From: an uncultured Coprobacillus sp.
GTDB lineage: Bacteria; Bacillota_I; Bacilli_A; ML615J-28; CAG-698
Direction of reading: 5' to 3'
Length of the DNA: 64,000 nucleotides
Assembly (NCBI GenBank): GCA_964385755.1
Contig: CAYLPZ010000001.1
Span: forward strand, 227,529-291,528
In this document: piece by piece, positions 58,429 to 64,000 of the stretch
Layout of the letters: every line of letters begins with the position of its first letter
How positions within the stretch are numbered: position 1 is the stretch's first letter
Made by a program: the position numbers and the translations under genes
Notes under the pieces: model-generated
Told to the model about the DNA's origin: nothing
Databases searched by the model: none
The model's input: the letters and a program-made list of their open reading frames with translations, nothing else

Positions 58429-60933
58429 TTATTTTCCACAACAGTTCTTATATTTTTTTCCACTTCCACATGGGCATGGATCGTTTCTTCCAACTTTCTT
58501 TGATATTGCTTGACGTTTTTTGGTTTCCTCACCAGCATTTGTTCCCGTTGGTTTAATAACTTCTTGTCGTTGTGTATTATCTTGTATTCTTGCTCTATTA
58601 AGATATTTTGTTGTATCTTGTTCAATGTTATTAATCATTGTATCAAATTTTTGGAATCCTACATCTTGATATTCACGAAGTGGGTTTACTTGTGCATAAG
58701 CTTGTAAACGAACCGCTTGACGTAATTCACTCATATCATCAATATGATTCATCCAGTATGTATCAATAACACGTAAAAGAATTACTTTTAAGAACTCTTT
58801 ATATATTTGTGGGTAGTCTTCATTTTTTTCTTCAAGAAGTTCTTTGCATTTGTTAAATAAAATATCTAATACTTCTTCACTATTTTTACCACTAAAGCTC
58901 TTTTCATCAAATGTTTCAAGAGGAAAATATCCTTCAACATCTTTTGCTAACTTCTTAGCATCAATTTCACCACGTTTACCATTATGATCTAAAGCACCAT
59001 ATGCCAAACGTTCACAAGTATTATACATCATCTTATAAATTATTTCTGTGATGTCATCTTCGAATAATACACGATGTCTTTGGCCATAAATTATCTCTCT
59101 TTGTTTACGTAAAACTTCATCGTACTCAAGAACTGTTTTACGGCTATCATAGTTGCTTCCTTCAACTTTCTTTTGAGCACTTTCTACAAACTTAGAGAAC
59201 ATTTTAGACTCTAAAGGATTCTCTCTGCCTTTTTCATCTTTATCAACAACAAGATATGAAAGCATTCCTTTAAAACGGTCACTACCAAATCTACGTAATA
59301 AATCATCTTCACTAGAAAGATAAAATCTAGTATACCCTGGGTCACCTTGACGACCTGAACGACCTCTTAACTGATTATCAATACGACGTGATTCATGTCT
59401 TTCAGAACCAATAACTGCAAGACCACCTAGTTCTTTAACGCCTTCACCAAGTTTAATGTCAGTACCACGACCAGCCATGTTAGTTGCAATTGTAACTGCC
59501 CCTTTTTGACCAGCGTTAACGATAATATCTGCTTCTTTTTCGTGTTGTTTAGCATTTAACACGTTATGAGGTATATGACGTTTAGTTAATAAATTAGAAA
59601 TGTATTCACTTGTTTCTACTGCTACAGTACCAATTAATACTGGTTGTCCTTTTTTATGACGCTCCGCAACATCATTAGCTAAATGTTCAAATTTAGCTTT
59701 TGTAGAAATGAATAATAAATCTGGATCATCTATACGAATAACAGGTAAGTTTGTAGGTATTTCTACAACATACATATTATAAATATTTCTAAACTCTTCT
59801 TCTTCAGTCTTAGCAGTACCTGTCATTCCCGCAAGTTTCTTATACATTCTAAAGAAGTTTTGATATGTAATTGTTGCGATTGTTCTCGTTTCTTTCTTAA
59901 TCTCAACATGTTCTTTGGCTTCAATTGCTTGATGTAATCCATCAGAGTATTGACGACCATGCATCAAACGTCCAGTAAATGGATCAACAATTATAACTTT
60001 TCCATCTTGAACAACATATTCAACATCACGTTTCATACCATAATTTGCTTTTAAAGCATTATGAATATGATGAAGTAAGTTAACATATGCTACATCATAT
60101 AAGTTTTCAATTCTAAAGAAACGTTCTGCTTTTTCAATACCTCTTTCAGTTATTGTTACAATACGTTCTTTTTCATTTACCTCATAGTCCTTTTCTTCAT
60201 CATCATTTTTCAAACTCTTAACGAATAGATCTGCTTGTTGATATAAATTTCCAGTATTTTTTTCACCACCACTAATGATTAAAGGTGTACGAGCCTCATC
60301 AACTAAGATTGAGTCAACCTCATCGACTATTGCGAAATTAAGTGGTCTTTGGACAATTTGTTCTTTATAAATAACCATATGATCACGTAAATAATCAAAT
60401 CCAAGCTCTGAGTTTGTTGTATATGTAATATCAGCAGCATAAGCTTCACGTTTTTGATCTGGTGTGAGTTCTCTTAAGTTTAATCCAACAGTCAAACCAA
60501 GCCACTTAAACAATTCACCCATTTCAGTAGCATCACGACTTGCTAGATACTCATTTACTGTAACAATATGAACACCCTCTTGTGGTAATGCATTTAAATA
60601 TGCTACCATTGTAGAAGTTAATGTTTTACCTTCACCAGTCTTCATCTCCGCAATATTTCCTCCGTGAAGAGCAGCAGCACCCATAATTTGTACTCTAAAT
60701 GGTGTCATGTGGAGCACTCTGGTAGATGCTTCACGTACTGTTGCGAAAGCTTCTGGCAAAATATTATCTAAAGTTTCACCTTTTTTTAATCTTTCTCTAA
60801 AAATATTTGTATTTTCTTTTAACTGTTCATCAGTTAATTTTTTATAATCTTCTGCTAAAGCACATACTTTATCAGCTATTTTTTCAACTCTCTTAAGTTC
60901 TTTATATCCTGGATCAAATAACCCTTTAAACAT
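58429..60933 (-). CDS. secA: Preprotein translocase ATPase SecA
   Basis: DEAD motor, Walker A GEGKT, and a C-terminal zinc-binding CPCGSGKKYKNCCG. The start is placed at MFKG (GAGAGGA RBS). The track's first codon is GTG. Confidence 0.9.
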   Translation of the reverse strand: MFKGLFDPGYKELKRVEKIADKVCALAEDYKKLTDEQLKENTNIFRERLKKGETLDNILPEAFATVREASTRVLHMTPFRVQIMGAAALHGGNIAEMKTGEGKTLTSTMVAYLNALPQEGVHIVTVNEYLASRDATEMGELFKWLGLTVGLNLRELTPDQKREAYAADITYTTNSELGFDYLRDHMVIYKEQIVQRPLNFAIVDEVDSILVDEARTPLIISGGEKNTGNLYQQADLFVKSLKNDDEEKDYEVNEKERIVTITERGIEKAERFFRIENLYDVAYVNLLHHIHNALKANYGMKRDVEYVVQDGKVIIVDPFTGRLMHGRQYSDGLHQAIEAKEHVEIKKETRTIATITYQNFFRMYKKLAGMTGTAKTEEEEFRNIYNMYVVEIPTNLPVIRIDDPDLLFISTKAKFEHLANDVAERHKKGQPVLIGTVAVETSEYISNLLTKRHIPHNVLNAKQHEKEADIIVNAGQKGAVTIATNMAGRGTDIKLGEGVKELGGLAVIGSERHESRRIDNQLRGRSGRQGDPGYTRFYLSSEDDLLRRFGSDRFKGMLSYLVVDKDEKGRENPLESKMFSKFVESAQKKVEGSNYDSRKTVLEYDEVLRKQREIIYGQRHRVLFEDDITEIIYKMMYNTCERLAYGALDHNGKRGEIDAKKLAKDVEGYFPLETFDEKSFSGKNSEEVLDILFNKCKELLEEKNEDYPQIYKEFLKVILLRVIDTYWMNHIDDMSELRQAVRLQAYAQVNPLREYQDVGFQKFDTMINNIEQDTTKYLNRARIQDNTQRQEVIKPTGTNAGEETKKRQAISKKVGRNDPCPCGSGKKYKNCCGK

Positions 60934-61082
60934 ATAAAACACATCCTCTCACATCTAGTTATTTTATCATATTTTGCCTATAAAATCAAATAATTATTCA
61001 TTTGAATATATACACTCTTTTCGTAAATGTTAAAAAGTAGATATTAAATAATATTTACTATTATTTAATATCTACTAATATA

Positions 61083-64000
61083 TTAATGTTTTTTCCTAAA
61101 GAACAATAAAACTAATGCAAATGCAGAAGATAATAATAGGTTAATTAAACTAAACCCTTTACAGCTAGTATTTACACTATACACTAAGTTTATTACTGTA
61201 TCACTAGTAATATTCTTTCCATCACTAGAAAATCTACTAAATGTGTAGCCATCAATTACTGGGATTTCACATTCTAGTTTAGCATCTTCACCATAAAATA
61301 CTTCTTCTGTTGCAATAATTTCATCACCATATTTATAAGTTACAGTAAACTTTGCCCTTTCATAGATTGGTTTTATTACTTGATCTTCATATGAATCATT
61401 AACTTCACTATCCCATTTAACAAAATTATAACCTTCAATTAAAGGAGCATCTGGATAATTTTCAAATTCATCTTTTGATATTTCTAAGATAACATTATTA
61501 TCATTATCTACAAAAGTTACTTTTGCTTTTAATTGTTCATACACAGCTTTAAATGTTTGTGGTGTAAATGAACCATCATACTCTTTATCCCATGAGATGA
61601 AGAGATATCCTTCAACATCAGGTGCTTTATCTCTAATCACTACTTCCTCACCTTTATTAAATGTATCAATAAATAACACTTCGTCATTTATACCAAGATA
61701 TGTAATAGTGATTTGGTTAGCTTCGTAAATAGGCTTAATTGTATGTTCAATAACATTTACATCTAAGTTTTTATAATCTATATCCCATTTAATGAATGTA
61801 TAACCTTCAACTTCAATAGGGGCTGGTACATATTCTTCTTCACCATAAAAATATGTATATGATTCAACTATTTTTCCATTAATATCAACAAAATATAAAT
61901 CAAAATAAATCTCTTCATAATTAGCATAGACTTTTGTATTGAATATAATATTTTCAATATTTCCACTGTAGCCTAAGAAACGATAACCTTCAATTTGCTT
62001 TGCTTCAGGTAAATCTACATTATCATATTTCGCAACCTGTAGTACTTCTATTATTTCATTATCAATACTACTATATATCGTAACTGTCAACATTTCGCGT
62101 TCAAACACCGGTCTAACTGTTACATCATCTATAACAGGATCTAGTGTTTCACTCCATCCAACAAATATGTATCCATCTTTTACTTGGTTTTCTGGAAAGT
62201 AACCTTTCTTTCCATATTTCAGTTCATACTCTAAGATAACATTACCATTATCATCAACAAATGTTATTTTACAAATCTTTTCTTTAAAGATTGGATACAC
62301 CTCTAAATCACTTGTAACAACACTAAAATCTTTATCCCATTTGTCAAACACAAATCCAGCTTTAGTACACAAAGGTGCCTCAACAGTCTGATTATATTTA
62401 CAAGTTTTAACTGCTAATACGTTATTATCACCATCATAGAATGTTACATAGAAATCACTGTCTTTATATCTTGGATATATATCCATATCAGAAGTTACAC
62501 AACTAAAATCTTTATTCCAACCAACAAATTCATTTCCAAAGTTATAATTTGGAGCTATTGCTTCTTGGCCATAAACTACTTTTTGAGTAGAAATAACATT
62601 TCCTTGATTATCATAGAACTTAACATTAAATGAAATATTGATAAATTCAGTTGCTTCACCAAGTGTATTACTCATTGAAAGAGGACGAATACCATAATTA
62701 TATTTCTTACCATTTGTATTCTCATCAACAAAAGTAACTACGTCATCTTTTGAGCCAAAGATATCATATACTTCTTCTGGTTCATAAGTAAGGTTACCAG
62801 CAGAGCGATAAACAACATAAAATTTTGTATTCTCTACTTTATTAAAACTTAATTCTGTCTTATCATCAGAAACTATTGCGTTAATTCGATCAATTTTTCC
62901 AGGTGTGCAAGTCATAGATTTAATTTCTGGAATAATAGCAGAATTTGTAAACATTTCTTGTTTAATAGTTGTTAATCCTTTACCATATAATGTATTAACG
63001 TTACCATTATATGTATTTCTTAAATAATTATAACTATAAAATACAGTTCCTAAGCAGTTTTCTAATGTTTGTGCATATAATATTTGATTTGGTGCTTCAT
63101 CAGGGTCAAATCCCCAAGAATAATTCTTTCCAGGTGTTTCTGACATATAAATACCCATGCCAGAATATAAATTTACTTTCTTCTTCGCAACAACTTTATT
63201 CCACCAACTCATTACATCAGCATACCCAGCAATTGGATGTGAAAATCCCCAGTAACTTTGTGGAGTAATATAGTCAATCCATTCATTATTAATCCATTTT
63301 ACTGTATCACTAAATAAATAAGACTCATAGTGTTCTTGTCCACCAGTAGCTGATCCATTTGTGATGGCATTACCATTTTCATCATATGTAACTTCTCCAT
63401 TACCATTTTTATAAATACCAGTTGGGGAAATGCCAAGTTGAACATAACGATTATTTTCAGCGTTATATTCTCTCATTGTTTTACTTAATTTTTGAATAAA
63501 AGCATTTACTTGTTCACGACGCCAATCACTCTTTGATAAACGAAGAGGATTGTTTGCTTCATATAAATCATTATCGTCAACATTAGAAATATAAAAATAA
63601 TCATCAAAATGGATTGCATCTACATCATAGTTTTCAACTATTTCCATGCATGTATCAATAATAAAGTCACGAACATTTTCTAAACCAGGATTTAATATAA
63701 CACCACCAGCATCATTTTTAAGAAGATTTGCAGCATCGCTTGCAGGATTTTGTGGGTATTTAGCATATCTTGCTGTCACTACACTTAAATCTGTAACTCC
63801 ACTAGAATTAACTCGATATGGGTTTAGCCAAGCATGAAATTCAATTCCACGATTATGGCACTCTTCGATAACCCATGAAAGTAAATCTTCACTTGTTTTC
63901 ATATATGATGATTGTGGGTTTAATTTGCTTGGATATAATGCATCATTCATAATACGAACATGAAATATTAATGCATTTATTTCATAGTAATCTAATATTT
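61083..64000 (-). CDS. GHL10-family glycoside hydrolase, paralog 3, with Flg_new (Listeria-Bacteroides) repeats and a C-terminal TM anchor. The 5' end lies beyond the window.
   Basis: The frame stays open to base 64000 (…EINALIFHVRIMNDALY… continues the GHL10 core). At least 8 Flg_new repeats follow (Y-x-FxGWxxDF…), then the TM tail GFSLINLLLSSAFALVLLFF-RKKH. Confidence 0.7.
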   Translation of the reverse strand, partial: ILDYYEINALIFHVRIMNDALYPSKLNPQSSYMKTSEDLLSWVIEECHNRGIEFHAWLNPYRVNSSGVTDLSVVTARYAKYPQNPASDAANLLKNDAGGVILNPGLENVRDFIIDTCMEIVENYDVDAIHFDDYFYISNVDDNDLYEANNPLRLSKSDWRREQVNAFIQKLSKTMREYNAENNRYVQLGISPTGIYKNGNGEVTYDENGNAITNGSATGGQEHYESYLFSDTVKWINNEWIDYITPQSYWGFSHPIAGYADVMSWWNKVVAKKKVNLYSGMGIYMSETPGKNYSWGFDPDEAPNQILYAQTLENCLGTVFYSYNYLRNTYNGNVNTLYGKGLTTIKQEMFTNSAIIPEIKSMTCTPGKIDRINAIVSDDKTELSFNKVENTKFYVVYRSAGNLTYEPEEVYDIFGSKDDVVTFVDENTNGKKYNYGIRPLSMSNTLGEATEFINISFNVKFYDNQGNVISTQKVVYGQEAIAPNYNFGNEFVGWNKDFSCVTSDMDIYPRYKDSDFYVTFYDGDNNVLAVKTCKYNQTVEAPLCTKAGFVFDKWDKDFSVVTSDLEVYPIFKEKICKITFVDDNGNVILEYELKYGKKGYFPENQVKDGYIFVGWSETLDPVIDDVTVRPVFEREMLTVTIYSSIDNEIIEVLQVAKYDNVDLPEAKQIEGYRFLGYSGNIENIIFNTKVYANYEEIYFDLYFVDINGKIVESYTYFYGEEEYVPAPIEVEGYTFIKWDIDYKNLDVNVIEHTIKPIYEANQITITYLGINDEVLFIDTFNKGEEVVIRDKAPDVEGYLFISWDKEYDGSFTPQTFKAVYEQLKAKVTFVDNDNNVILEISKDEFENYPDAPLIEGYNFVKWDSEVNDSYEDQVIKPIYERAKFTVTYKYGDEIIATEEVFYGEDAKLECEIPVIDGYTFSRFSSDGKNITSDTVINLVYSVNTSCKGFSLINLLLSSAFALVLLFFRKKH

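Noticed and set aside
58404-58625. 73-aa ORF overlapping the 3' end of secA on the same strand
   Set aside because: It lies in an alternative frame inside the conserved SecA C-terminal region and has no RBS. Other small track ORFs sit antisense within pepP, pgcA, pyrG, glnA, tex, topA, rbgA and ftsK (for example 32165-32419, 33566-33796, 42607-43020, 44833-45078) and were rejected for the same reason.
1-64000. CRISPR arrays, tRNA/rRNA genes, IS elements with terminal inverted repeats
   Set aside because: No regularly spaced direct repeats, no GTTCGAATC-type T-loop signatures in intergenic regions, and no transposase ORFs were seen. The only mobile-element hints are the truncated HTH ORF at 1-185 and the yolD/polymerase cassette.

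Overview
This is an AT-rich (roughly 28-30% GC) chromosomal segment from a low-GC Gram-positive bacterium. The gene content (cotJB/cotJC, Flg_new/Listeria-Bacteroides repeat surface proteins, an SftA-like FtsK, a B. subtilis-like secA-prfB arrangement, rbgA-rnhB) points to a spore-forming Clostridia/Erysipelotrichia-like organism. I saw no rRNA, tRNA or CRISPR array. About 60 genes are present and most are on the minus strand.

Core housekeeping genes: secA; prfB (contiguous, no +1 frameshift); recX; yitT; a pfkB-family kinase; glnA-pyrG; gap; tex; topA; rnhB; rbgA; lepB; a TM-less FtsK/SftA; pgcA; pepP; a CDF transporter; rlmD; a polysaccharide deacetylase; cotJB-cotJC; an SPFH protein.

Accessory or unusual content:
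1. A compositionally foreign (~47% GC) gene at 231-1346 encoding a tocopherol-cyclase-family protein, next to a truncated HTH ORF.
2. A stand-alone gene encoding a TIR_2 domain fused to a class I SAM methyltransferase (2812-4188). It is flanked by hairpin terminators and is followed by a minimal MGMT-domain gene and a MerR/GyrI regulator that has a textbook MerR-type 20-bp-spacer promoter. This is my top candidate for an undescribed NAD-signalling or defence module.
3. A tightly overlapping six-gene operon (11486 to 6802) that ends in a QueH (epoxyqueuosine reductase) fused to a novel ~165-aa N-terminal domain, together with a small ABC exporter and two secreted or anchored unknown proteins.
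4. An XRE-HTH regulator fused to a desulforedoxin-like Cys4 motif and a degenerate SOR-like domain.
5. Two tandem paralogous polytopic membrane proteins preceded by a ~740-bp leader that contains an intrinsic-terminator-like hairpin (candidate attenuator or riboswitch).
6. An ~840-aa repeat-domain surface lipoprotein interrupted by a single in-frame TAA.
7. A yolD/Y-family polymerase cassette next to an orphan pilin-like gene.
8. Three large paralogous GHL10 (YngK/DigH-like) glycan hydrolases with different C-terminal surface-domain tails. Two of the three are secreted, and the third has Flg_new repeats plus a C-terminal TM anchor and is truncated by the window edge.

Start codons taken from the ORF track were adjusted where the first in-frame M lacked an RBS.
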